Assembly (NCBI GenBank): GCA_016870595.1
Contig: VGBI01000004.1
Location: forward strand, 1 to 63,631
Origin: Actinomycetota bacterium
Lineage (GTDB): Bacteria > Actinomycetota > Acidimicrobiia > IMCC26256 > PALSA-555
Length of the DNA: 63,631 nt
Direction: 5' to 3'
The first letter of the stretch is position 1. Each line of letters opens with the position of its first letter. The position numbers and the translations under genes are program-made. A model generated the notes under the pieces. It saw only the letters and a list, made by a program, of their open reading frames with translations, made no database searches and was not told where the DNA came from. This document shows, piece by piece, positions 1 to 8,311 of the stretch.

Positions 1-1
1 C

Positions 2-400
2 GAGGCCGAGGTGGTCGAGGCCACCGCGGTGCTCGCCTCGGCCCGGGCCTGGGCCGACCAGGTCGCGGCCATGGGCGAAGGTGAGGTGCTCTTCCGGCTC
101 AACTGCGCCCGCTGCCACACCAAGGGGGCGTCCTACTTCGATCCCGACAACCTGCGGCTGCCGCCCCCGCCGCCGCCGGGCAGCGGGGCCTTCGGACCGA
201 GTCTCCGGGGCGGGTCGACCCTGCTGCAGTTCCCTGGGGTCGCGGGCGAGCAGGAGCAGTTCGACTGGATCGCCCTGGGGGCGCCGGCCAACGAGGGCTA
301 CGGCGTCCGCGGCATCTCGTCGGGCCGCATGCCCTATTTCGTGAACGTGCTGTCCGAGCGGCAGATCAAGGCCATCGTGGCCTACGAGCGCGGGCTCTGA
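2..400 (+). CDS. c-type cytochrome, C-terminal part (gene starts upstream of window)
   Basis: Frame is open from the window edge. Haem-binding CxxCH (NCARCH) and a distal Met-ligand-like motif SGRMPYF are present. Stop TGA at 398..400. Confidence 0.75.
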   Translation, partial: EAEVVEATAVLASARAWADQVAAMGEGEVLFRLNCARCHTKGASYFDPDNLRLPPPPPPGSGAFGPSLRGGSTLLQFPGVAGEQEQFDWIALGAPANEGYGVRGISSGRMPYFVNVLSERQIKAIVAYERGL

Positions 401-451
401 GTCCGACCGCCCGGGTCCCGCGAGGAAACGACGAGCAAAAAAGGACCGACG

Positions 452-1309
452 TTGCCCAGCCTCACCCCCCTCATCCTCGCCAGCGGTGGCCTGACCGAGC
501 GCAGCCTCTGGTACCCCACGATCCTGGGTGTGCTCGTCGTGGTGGCGGGGGTCATCCTCTTCGTCGGATCGATCTACCTGCTGCTCGGCACCAACATGGG
601 GGCCCGGCTCGCCTTCCTGGCCACGTTCAGCGGCCTGATGGGCCTGATGCTCGTCCTCACCTCGCTCTGGATCACGACCGCGTCGCCGCTCAACACGCTC
701 CGGGGGTCCGTCCCGGCGTGGAAGATCCAGGAAGTGGTCCCGTCGCTGGAGGAGTCGAAGATCGTCGCCGTCCGCAACATCGAGGCGGACGGGGTCGAGG
801 TCGATGCGGTGGAGGCGGCCAACGTCAAGGCCGCGGTCGACGAAGGCCTGGTCACCAAGGAGGACACCGCGACCAAGACCTACACGGAGGAGGAGAATAA
901 GTTCGCCATCTACTCCGACGTGACCAAGTACCTCACGCCCAAGACCTGGGAGATCGGCGGGAGCAACCCGAGCTGGCTCGACGGCGAGTTCACCCACGCC
1001 CCGAAGTACGCCGTGGTCGAGTTCTGCGGCGTCGCCCCGAACCGCCAGCCCTTCGGCGTCGCCCCCGACAAGCCGACCTGTGCCGCGGCGGGCACCCCCG
1101 AAGCCAAGGACAACGGCTACGTGGTCCTGGAGTACAACCTCGGTGACGTGCGCCTCCCGCCGATCATCGCCTTCGTGAGCTCGCTGATCCTGTTCGTGCT
1201 GAGCTTGGCCCTGTTCGGTTGGTACGAGCGGGACCGCCGGGCCGTCCAGGCGGCCGAGGCCGCATCCGCCCAGACCCCGGCTCGCTCGCGCGAGCTGGTC
1301 AACGCCTGA
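452..1309 (+). CDS. hypothetical membrane protein (N- and C-terminal TM helices, large extracytoplasmic middle)
   Basis: 285-aa ORF with host-like C-ending codon usage. Hydrophobic stretches ILGVLVVVAGVILFVGSIYLLL, LAFLATFSGLMGLMLVLTSLWI and a C-terminal IIAFVSSLILFVLSLALFGW. The TTG start is uncertain. Confidence 0.55.
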   Translation: MPSLTPLILASGGLTERSLWYPTILGVLVVVAGVILFVGSIYLLLGTNMGARLAFLATFSGLMGLMLVLTSLWITTASPLNTLRGSVPAWKIQEVVPSLEESKIVAVRNIEADGVEVDAVEAANVKAAVDEGLVTKEDTATKTYTEEENKFAIYSDVTKYLTPKTWEIGGSNPSWLDGEFTHAPKYAVVEFCGVAPNRQPFGVAPDKPTCAAAGTPEAKDNGYVVLEYNLGDVRLPPIIAFVSSLILFVLSLALFGWYERDRRAVQAAEAASAQTPARSRELVNA

Positions 1310-1324
1310 GTCCGGGAGCCCGTG

Positions 1325-1486
1325 ATGAACCCGATCGCCCAGCAGCTCGTCGACGCCGCCGGCAAGAACGGCGGAGGCGGCCTCGCCTTCGTCCTCCTGG
1401 TCGTGATGGTGTGCGCGCTCTGGGGATCGCTGTTCTTCATGGACCGCGTCCGCAAGCAGCGCGAGCGGAACGACCGCCAGGGCTGA
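1325..1486 (+). CDS. small (53 aa) single-pass membrane protein, hypothetical
   Basis: ATG at 1325, TGA at 1484..1486, below the ORF-track size cut-off. Product MNPIAQQLVDAAGKNGGGGLAFVLLVVMVCALWGSLFFMDRVRKQRERNDRQG has one TM helix and a basic tail. It lies 15 nt after the preceding gene. Confidence 0.4.
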   Translation: MNPIAQQLVDAAGKNGGGGLAFVLLVVMVCALWGSLFFMDRVRKQRERNDRQG

Positions 1487-1489
1487 GCC

Positions 1490-2764
1490 TCAGGCCCGGG
1501 CCACGTCCCGGGCCGCCTCGGCCGCGCACTCGATCGTGCGGGCGATGTCGGCGTCGGTGTGGGCCAGGCTCGGGAACGCGGTCTCGAACGCGCTCGGCGC
1601 CAGGTACACGCCCCGGTCGAGCATCCCGTGGAAGAACCGGGCGTAGGTCGCCGCGTCGGCGGCCTGGGCCTCGGCGTAGTCGGTGACCGGGTCGGCCCGG
1701 AAGAACAGCCCGGCCAGGGTGAAGGCCCGGGGCACCTGGGCCGCGAGCCCGGCGGCGGCCAGGGCGGCGGCGAGCCCGGTGGTCAGGGCGGTGGCCCGCC
1801 GCTCGAGCTCGACGTAGTGGTCGTCGGTCAGCGCGCCGAGCACGGCGAGGCCGGCCGCGGTGGCGAGGGGGTTCCCCGACAGCGTCCCGGCCTGGTACAC
1901 GGGTCCGAGCGGGGCGAGCTCGTCCATCACCGCGGCGGGGCCGCCCAGGGCGGCGAGGGGCAGCCCCCCGCCGAGCACCTTGCCGTAGATCGACACGTCG
2001 GCGGCGACGGCGAAGCGACCCTGGGCGCCGGCCGGACCGATCCGGAACCCGGTGATCACCTCGTCGAACACGAGGAGGGCCCCGTGGGCGGTCGCCCGCT
2101 CGCGCAGGAACTCGAGGAACCCGGGCGCCGGCGGGACCAGGCCCATGTTCGCCGCCACCGGCTCGACCAGGAGCGCGGCGAACTCCCCGGGGTAGCGGTC
2201 GAGGGCGGTGTCGACGGCAGCGCGGTCGTTGAACGGCACCACCACGGTGTCGGCGACGGTGCCGGGGGTGACCCCGGCCGAGCCGGGCAGGCCGAGGGTC
2301 GCCACCCCGCTCCCAGCCGCGACCAGGAGCGCGTCGAGGTGGCCGTGGTAGCAGCCCGCGAACTTCAGCAGCTTGGCCCGCCCGGTGGCGCCCCGGGCCA
2401 GGCGGACGGCGGTCATGGCCGCCTCGGTCCCCGACGACACCAACCGCACCTTCTCCACCGAGGGGATGCGGTCGGCGACGGTCTCGGCGAGCTCCACCTC
2501 CCGGCGGGTCGGGGTCCCGAACGACGTCCCGTCGGCGGCCGCCCGCTGCACGGCCTCGACCACCACGGGGTGGGCGTGGCCGAGGATCGAGGCACCCCAC
2601 GACTGCACGTAGTCGAGCAGGCGGCGGCCGTCCTCGGTCACGAGGTGGGCGCCCTCGCCGCGAGCGGTGAAGAAGGGCTCACCGCCCACCGATCCGAACG
2701 CCCGGACCGGAGAGTTGACCCCACCGGGGATCCGCTGACGGGCGCGCGCAAAGAGATCGTCCAT
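1490..2764 (-). CDS. hemL: glutamate-1-semialdehyde 2,1-aminomutase
   Basis: 424-aa product starts MDDLFARARQRIPGGVNSPVRAF, with class-III aminotransferase/GSA-AM hallmarks along its length. The ORF-track entry 1490..3124 is trimmed to the ATG at 2764 because the upstream part overlaps hemB. Confidence 0.95.
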   Translation of the reverse strand: MDDLFARARQRIPGGVNSPVRAFGSVGGEPFFTARGEGAHLVTEDGRRLLDYVQSWGASILGHAHPVVVEAVQRAAADGTSFGTPTRREVELAETVADRIPSVEKVRLVSSGTEAAMTAVRLARGATGRAKLLKFAGCYHGHLDALLVAAGSGVATLGLPGSAGVTPGTVADTVVVPFNDRAAVDTALDRYPGEFAALLVEPVAANMGLVPPAPGFLEFLRERATAHGALLVFDEVITGFRIGPAGAQGRFAVAADVSIYGKVLGGGLPLAALGGPAAVMDELAPLGPVYQAGTLSGNPLATAAGLAVLGALTDDHYVELERRATALTTGLAAALAAAGLAAQVPRAFTLAGLFFRADPVTDYAEAQAADAATYARFFHGMLDRGVYLAPSAFETAFPSLAHTDADIARTIECAAEAARDVARA

Positions 2765-2778
2765 GGTCAGGCTCCGGG

Positions 2779-3756
2779 TCAGGCGAGCTGCTCGGCCAGC
2801 GCGCGCGCGTAGTAGGTGAGGATGAAGTCGGCGCCGGCCCGCTTGATGCTCGCCAGGTGCTCGCGCATGACCGCGTGCCCGTCGATCCAGCCCCGCTCGG
2901 CTGCGGCGAGGACCATCGCGTACTCCCCCGACACGTGGTACGCGCCGATGGGGACGTCGACCGCGCTGCGCACGGAGTTGATGACGTCGAGGTAGGCGAG
3001 GGCGGGCTTGACCATCACCATGTCGGCGCCCTCGGCGAGGTCGAGGCCGACCTCCTCGAGCGCCTCCCGGGCGTTGGGCGGGTCCATCTGGTACGCCCGC
3101 CGGTCCCCGAACGCGGGGGCGCACTCGGCGGCGTCGCGGAAGGGTCCGTAGAGCGCCGAGGCGTACTTCGCGGAGTAGGCGAGGACGGGGACGCCGGTGT
3201 GGCCGGCGTCGTCGAGCGCGCCGCGGATCGCGGCGACCTGGCCGTCCATCATCCCCGACGGGGCCACCACCTGGGCGCCGGCGCCGGCCTGGGCGACCGC
3301 GATGGCGCCGTACCGGTCGAGCGTGGCGTCGTTGTCGATCGCGCCGGTGGCGTCCACGATCCCGCAGTGCCCGTGGTCCGTGTACTCGTCGAGGCAGGTG
3401 TCGGCCATCACGACCAGGTCGTCGCCGTGGTCGTCGCGCAGGTTCCGCAGCGCCACCTGGAGCACGCCGTCGGGTGCGTCGGCGGCCGAGCCGCGGGGGT
3501 CCTTGGCTGCGGGGACGCCGAACAGGATGACGGCCGGGATCCCGAGGCCGGCCAGGGCCCGGACCTCCTCCCGGAGACTGGCCTGCGTGTGCTGGAGGAC
3601 CCCGGGCATCGAGGGGACCGGCTCGGGGTCGGTGATGCCCTCCTTCACGAAGAGCGGGGCCACGAGGTCGTCGACCGTCACCCGGGTCTCGGCCACCAGG
3701 CGACGGAGGGCGGGGGTGCGGCGCAGTCGGCGCGGGCGCTGGTCGGGGAAGGCCAC
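2779..3756 (-). CDS. hemB: porphobilinogen synthase (delta-aminolevulinate dehydratase)
   Basis: 325 aa starting with RPRRLRRTPALRRLVAET, with a typical ALAD family body and the active-site region VMVKPALAYLD. GTG start at 3756. Confidence 0.95.
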   Translation of the reverse strand: MAFPDQRPRRLRRTPALRRLVAETRVTVDDLVAPLFVKEGITDPEPVPSMPGVLQHTQASLREEVRALAGLGIPAVILFGVPAAKDPRGSAADAPDGVLQVALRNLRDDHGDDLVVMADTCLDEYTDHGHCGIVDATGAIDNDATLDRYGAIAVAQAGAGAQVVAPSGMMDGQVAAIRGALDDAGHTGVPVLAYSAKYASALYGPFRDAAECAPAFGDRRAYQMDPPNAREALEEVGLDLAEGADMVMVKPALAYLDVINSVRSAVDVPIGAYHVSGEYAMVLAAAERGWIDGHAVMREHLASIKRAGADFILTYYARALAEQLA

Positions 3757-3765
3757 GGGCCGAGA

Positions 3766-3925
3766 CTACCGCCGGCCGCGCGGCGGCCGGCCCGGCGCTA
3801 CCGCCGGCCGCGCGGCGGCCGGCCCGGCGCTACCGCCGGCCGCGCGGCGGCCGGCCCGGCGCTACCGCCGGCCGCGCGGCGGCCGGCCCGGCGCTACCGC
3901 CGGCCGCGCGGCGGCCGGCCCGGCG
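3766..3925. repeat. perfect tandem repeat, 5 x 32 bp (ctaccgccggccgcgcggcggccggcccggcg); each unit holds a 9-bp/3-nt-loop inverted repeat
   Basis: Unit starts read at 3766, 3798, 3830, 3862 and 3894, with no mismatches. The internal palindrome is gccggccgc-gcg-gcggccggc. It lies between the cobA/hemD stop (3950) and the hemB start (3756). Confidence 0.97.
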
Positions 3926-3949
3926 CGTCGTGGCCGGTGCGGCTTCCGG

Positions 3950-5422
3950 CTATCGGGGGGACGGGGCCAGCAGCGCGCACACGGCGTCGACGAGCCCGTC
4001 GATGGTGTGCTCGGACGCTTCGGCTGCGACCGTCCACCCGAGGTCGCGCGCGGTGGCCGACGTCACCGGACCGATCGACACGACCGCCGGGGCCGGGTCG
4101 GGGAGCGGGCCCACTTGGTCGGTGAAGTTGCGCACGGTCGACGACGACGTGAAGGTGACCGCGTCGAACCGCCCGGCCCGGACCTGCTCGAGCACGCCCG
4201 GATCGGGAGCGGTGGTGACCGTCCGGTACACGGGGAGCACGTCGACGGCGTACCCGCGGGCGCCGAGGCCCTCGGGCAGCACGTCGCGGGCCTGCTCGGC
4301 CCGGGCCAGCAGCACCCGTTCCCCGGCCCGGTCCGGGTCCGGGAACGCGTCGAGCAGCGCCTCGGCGACGAAGCGACCGGGCACGAGGTCGATCGTGATG
4401 CCGTGCTCGGCCGCCGCCGCCGCGGTGCCCGGCCCGATGGCGGCCACCCGGACACCGCCGAGCGCGCGGGCGTCGAGGCCGGCGGGTGCGAGTCCCTGCG
4501 TGAAGAAGGCGTGCGCGCCGTTCACCGAGGTGAAGACCACCCACGCGTAGTCGGCGAGCGGCGGCACCGTGAACGGCACCGGCTTGATCGCGATCGCCGG
4601 GAGCTCGAGCACACCGGCGCCGAGCCGCTCCAGGCGCGTGCGCAGCTCGCTCACCTGCTCCCGGGCCCGGGTCACGACCACGGTGCGGCCGAACAGCGGT
4701 CGGGACTCGAACCAGGTGAGGTCGAGCGCGGCCACCGCTCCGACGACGATCGCCGCCGGGGCCCGGACCCCGGCGGCCCCGATGGTGGCGAGGGTGGCCC
4801 GGACCGTGCGCTGGTCCGGCCGGGTGCCGTCCCGGACCGCGGCGACCGGGGTGTCGGGGGCGAGGCCGCCCGCCATCAGCCGGTCGGCGATCCCGCCGAT
4901 GCGGGCCGCGCCCATCAGGATGACCAGGGTCCCGCCCGTGCGGGCGAGGGCCTCCCAGTCGACGTCGGTGGTGGCCTTGGCCGGGTCCTCGTTGCCGGTG
5001 ACCACCGTGAAGTGCGTGGAGCGACCCCGGTGGGTGACCGGGATGCCTGCGTAGGCGGGGGCCCCGATCGCGCTGGTGATCCCGGGCACGACCTCGAACG
5101 GCACGCCGGCCGCGGCGAGCGCCTCGGCCTCCTCGCCGCCCCGGCCGAACACGAACGGGTCGCCGCCCTTCAGCCGCACCACCTCGAGCCCGGCCCGGCC
5201 CCGGTCGACGAGCACCGCGTTGATCTCGTCCTGGGTCAGGTCGACCTGGCCCGGGGCCTTGCCCGCCGAGACCATCTCGGCGTCGGGCCGGGCGAGGTCG
5301 AGCAGGTCCGCGGTGCCGAGCCGGTCGTGCACCACGACGTCGGCGCGGGCCAGCAGCTCGGCGCCCCGGCGGGTGAGCAGCCCGGGGTCCCCGGGTCCGG
5401 CGCCCACGAGGTAGACGGTCAT
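3950..5422 (-). CDS. cobA: bifunctional uroporphyrinogen-III C-methyltransferase / uroporphyrinogen-III synthase (CobA-HemD fusion)
   Basis: 490 aa. The N-terminus MTVYLVGAGPGDPGLLTRRGAELLARADVVVHDRL is the classic tetrapyrrole methylase signature. The C-terminal half (RPLFGRTVVVTRAREQVSELRTRLERLGAGVLELPAI...) is HemD-like. Trimmed to the ATG at 5422. Confidence 0.9.
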   Translation of the reverse strand: MTVYLVGAGPGDPGLLTRRGAELLARADVVVHDRLGTADLLDLARPDAEMVSAGKAPGQVDLTQDEINAVLVDRGRAGLEVVRLKGGDPFVFGRGGEEAEALAAAGVPFEVVPGITSAIGAPAYAGIPVTHRGRSTHFTVVTGNEDPAKATTDVDWEALARTGGTLVILMGAARIGGIADRLMAGGLAPDTPVAAVRDGTRPDQRTVRATLATIGAAGVRAPAAIVVGAVAALDLTWFESRPLFGRTVVVTRAREQVSELRTRLERLGAGVLELPAIAIKPVPFTVPPLADYAWVVFTSVNGAHAFFTQGLAPAGLDARALGGVRVAAIGPGTAAAAAEHGITIDLVPGRFVAEALLDAFPDPDRAGERVLLARAEQARDVLPEGLGARGYAVDVLPVYRTVTTAPDPGVLEQVRAGRFDAVTFTSSSTVRNFTDQVGPLPDPAPAVVSIGPVTSATARDLGWTVAAEASEHTIDGLVDAVCALLAPSPR

Positions 5423-5453
5423 CGGTCCCTCCCGGGGACGGGGGCCGCCGGGG

Positions 5454-6338
5454 TCACGGCGCCGACTCCAGCAGCGCGCGGCCCCCGTGGGCCTCGAGCA
5501 GGTCGTGGGCCGCCCGGCGTCCGATCGCGCCGGGGTCGGTCCCGGTGGCCCGGGTCCGCACCACGGTGTGCCCGTCGAGCGAGGCCAGCAGGACCTCGAT
5601 CGAGACGCCGGTGGCGGTGGCGACGGCGAGCGCGCCGCAGGGCAGGCTGCAGCCGCCGCCGAGCTCGGCGAGGAAGGCCCGCTCAGCGGTGACCGCCCGG
5701 TGGGCAGGCTCATCGGTGATCGGTCCGAGCAGCGCCCGGGTCCGGTCGTCGTCGGCCCGGCACTCCACCGCGATCGCCCCCTGCCCGACCTGGGGCAGCA
5801 TCGTCACCGGGTCGAGCCGGTCGGTCGCGCGGGTGCCGAGCCCGAGGCGGTCGAGGGCGACGGCGGCCACCAGGACGGCGTCGAAGTCCGCCGCCCGCTC
5901 GAGGCGGGTGCCGATGTTCCCCCGCAGCTCGCCGAAGGTGAGGTCGGGGCGCAGTGCCGCCAGCTGGGCCCGGCGCCGGACCGATCCGGTGCCGACCCGG
6001 GCGCCGGTCGGGAGCGCGGCGAGGGTCGAACCGACCAGCGCGTCGCGTACGTCGCCGCGCTCGGGCACCGCCGCCAGCACGAGGCCGGGCGCGGTCACGG
6101 AGGGGAGGTCCTTGGCTGAGTGCACGGCGAGGTCGGCGGTCCCGGCGAGGACCGCCTCCTGCACCTCCTTCACGAACACCCCGGTCCCGCCCAGGGCGTG
6201 GATGGGCGTGTCGGTGCGCCGGTCGCCCGTGGTGGTGACGACCACGACCTCGGCCGGCACCCCGAGGCGCGCGATCACCGCGTCGGTCTGGGCCCGGGCC
6301 AGCGCGCTCCCGCGCGTCGCGACGCGCACCGGCGCCAC
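5454..6338 (-). CDS. hemC: hydroxymethylbilane synthase (porphobilinogen deaminase)
   Basis: 294 aa with RVATRGSALARAQT at the N-terminus, a GNIGTRL-type motif and the cofactor-Cys region GGCSLPCG. Confidence 0.95.
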   Translation of the reverse strand: MAPVRVATRGSALARAQTDAVIARLGVPAEVVVVTTTGDRRTDTPIHALGGTGVFVKEVQEAVLAGTADLAVHSAKDLPSVTAPGLVLAAVPERGDVRDALVGSTLAALPTGARVGTGSVRRRAQLAALRPDLTFGELRGNIGTRLERAADFDAVLVAAVALDRLGLGTRATDRLDPVTMLPQVGQGAIAVECRADDDRTRALLGPITDEPAHRAVTAERAFLAELGGGCSLPCGALAVATATGVSIEVLLASLDGHTVVRTRATGTDPGAIGRRAAHDLLEAHGGRALLESAP

Positions 6339-6344
6339 GGGTCG

Positions 6345-7610
6345 TCAGCCCTCGTCGGTCAGCGGTGGGAGGGCGAAGAGCTCGGCGAGGGCGTCGGCGT
6401 AGAGGTCGCCCCGGTCGGTCCCGGCCGCCTGCTTGAGCCGCACGGTGGGCTCGTGCAGGAGCTTGTTGACGAGTGCCCGCGTGGCGGCGTCGAGGGCGTC
6501 GCGCAGGGCCGGGTCGGCGCCGGCCCGTTCGACCTCGCTGCGGCGGAGGTCCTCCACGTGGGCACGCAGCGCCGTGACGACCGGGGCCATCTCCCGGGCC
6601 GACCGCTCGAGGCGGTAGCGGTCGAGCTCCTCGGTGATGATCTCCCGGACCCGGCCGATCTCGGCCCGCCGCTGCTGGAGCGACTGCTCGCCCATCGCCC
6701 GGAGGGCGTCGATGTCGAGCAGGGTCACGCCGAAGACCTGGGCGACCCCCGGGTCGACGTCGCGGGGGACGGCCACGTCGACGACGAGCATGGCCCGGTG
6801 GTCGCGACGGCGCATCGCCTCCTCGATCGCGGCCCGCTCGATCAGCACGTGCCCGGCGCTGGTCGACGACAGCACGACGTCGGCGCCGGCGAGGGCGTCG
6901 GCGAGCCCGCCGAGGCCGACGGCCCGACCCCGGACCCGCTCGGCGAGGGTCGCGGCCCGCTCGGGTGATCGGTTCGCGATCACGACCTCGCCCGCACCCG
7001 CGCCCGAGAGGGCGACGGCCATGCGCTGCCCGACGTCGCCGGCGCCGATGACGAGGACCCGCCGTCCCTCGAGCGAGCCGAGTCGCTCGACCGCCAGGGC
7101 CACCGCCGCCGACGAGATCGACACGGCGTGGCGCCCGATGCCGGTCTCGGTGCGGGCCCGCTTGCCCACCTCGATCGCCTGGCGGAACGCCCGGGCCACG
7201 GTCGGGCCGGTGGTCCCCTCGGCGTCGGCCGACCGCCACGACTCGCGCACCTGGCCGAGGATCTCGTGCTCGCCGATGATCATGGAGTCGAGCCCGGCGG
7301 CGACGGCGAAGAGGTGGCTGACGGCGGCGTCGTCGTGGAAGGTGTAGAGCAGGTCGGCGAGGGCGTCGGGGTCGAGCCCGGCGGTCTCGGCCAGGAAGTG
7401 GCGCACGTCGTCGACGCCCGGGTGGAACCGGGTGGCCCGCACGTACACCTCGGTCCGGTTGCAGGTGGAGAGCACCACCGCCTCGGTGAGGTGCTCGCGC
7501 GCGACGAGCGCGTGCAGGGCCTTGGGAAGGGCCTTGCCCGGGATCGCCATGCGCTCCAGCAGCTCGACCGGAGCGTTCCGGTGGTTCAGTCCGACGACGA
7601 CGAGAGACAC
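6345..7610 (-). CDS. hemA: glutamyl-tRNA reductase
   Basis: 421 aa starting [21 protein letters not shown], with the catalytic motif STCNRTEVY and NADPH site VIGAGDVG. GTG at 7610 is preceded by AAGGAG 11 nt upstream. The long ORF-track extension to 8276 was rejected. Confidence 0.92.
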   Translation of the reverse strand: MSLVVVGLNHRNAPVELLERMAIPGKALPKALHALVAREHLTEAVVLSTCNRTEVYVRATRFHPGVDDVRHFLAETAGLDPDALADLLYTFHDDAAVSHLFAVAAGLDSMIIGEHEILGQVRESWRSADAEGTTGPTVARAFRQAIEVGKRARTETGIGRHAVSISSAAVALAVERLGSLEGRRVLVIGAGDVGQRMAVALSGAGAGEVVIANRSPERAATLAERVRGRAVGLGGLADALAGADVVLSSTSAGHVLIERAAIEEAMRRRDHRAMLVVDVAVPRDVDPGVAQVFGVTLLDIDALRAMGEQSLQQRRAEIGRVREIITEELDRYRLERSAREMAPVVTALRAHVEDLRRSEVERAGADPALRDALDAATRALVNKLLHEPTVRLKQAAGTDRGDLYADALAELFALPPLTDEG

Positions 7611-8269
7611 GTCAACAGGAGCTCCTTCGCCTCGGCCACCCGGCCGCGGCGGATCAGGTCGAGCATGCCGGAATCGAGTGCGGCCTGCCAATCGGCGTCC
7701 TCCGACGAGCGCCCGTCGGCCCGCATCTCCTCGCGGGCCTCCGAGAGCAGGTCGAGGAGCACCGTGTACTCGGGGCCCATCTCGTCGCGTACGTGGTTGC
7801 GCAGGTACGTGGCCAGCGCCGGGCTGCGCCCCCCGGTGCCCACCGTGACGACGAGGTCGCCCTGGCGCACCTGCGACATCAGGGTGAACGAGCAGTGCGT
7901 CGGGTCGTCGGCCGAGTTCACGAACACCCGCCGCGCCTCCCCGGCCGCGAACACCTCCCGGTTGGTGGCGTCGTCGGCCGTGGCGGTGGTGGCCAGCCAG
8001 GCCTCGTCGAGGTCGCCGGGCTCGAACCGGCGGGGCACCCAGGTCAGGCGGCCGGCGTCGGCCCACTCCGCAACCTGGGTGCCGGCCTCGGGTGCGACGA
8101 CCACGACGTCGGCCCCCGCCTCGAGCAGCGCCCCGATCTTGCGGGCGGCGATCCGCCCGGCCCCCACGACCACGCAGCGTCGACCCTCGAGGAGGAGGTT
8201 GACCGGGTAGCCGCCGAGCCCGGGACGGCCCACGGGCGCCGGACCCGGTGCACCGGGGGCGGGAGTCAC
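7586..8269 (-). CDS. precorrin-2 dehydrogenase / sirohydrochlorin ferrochelatase family protein (CysG N-domain / SirC-like)
   Basis: 227 aa with Rossmann motif [28 protein letters not shown] and the body typical of the siroheme synthase N-terminal domain. The stop overlaps the hemA start by 25 nt in another frame. Confidence 0.8.
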   Translation of the reverse strand: MTPAPGAPGPAPVGRPGLGGYPVNLLLEGRRCVVVGAGRIAARKIGALLEAGADVVVVAPEAGTQVAEWADAGRLTWVPRRFEPGDLDEAWLATTATADDATNREVFAAGEARRVFVNSADDPTHCSFTLMSQVRQGDLVVTVGTGGRSPALATYLRNHVRDEMGPEYTVLLDLLSEAREEMRADGRSSEDADWQAALDSGMLDLIRRGRVAEAKELLLTCLSSSSD

Positions 8270-8311
8270 CGGTCAAGGGTACTGCGCGGGGCTCGGTAGC
8301 CTCCCGGGGCC

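Noticed and set aside
2765-3124. N-terminal extensions suggested by the ORF track for hemL (to 3124), hemA (to 8276), cobA/hemD (to 5713), yajQ (to 42518), the FtsH-like gene (from 42629), nuoB/C/G/H/I/J/K/L (long upstream frames) and rplJ (from 50710)
   Set aside because: The extensions overlap neighbouring well-supported genes, are Arg/Pro/Gly-rich, and precede canonical family N-termini that sit at ATGA/GTGA coupling junctions or behind Shine-Dalgarno-like motifs.
3766-3925. Possible CRISPR array (regular 32-bp repeats with internal dyad symmetry)
   Set aside because: The units are directly abutting with no spacers, and no cas genes or leader are present in the window. It is a simple tandem repeat.
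2857-5692. Long plus-strand ORFs (2857..4125, 3197..5692) that translate the 32-bp repeat into a periodic Arg/Pro/Gly-rich protein
   Set aside because: They run antisense to the confidently identified hemB and cobA/hemD. Their Arg/Pro/Gly/Ala composition is typical of wrong-frame reading of very GC-rich DNA. The 32-bp unit is not a multiple of 3.
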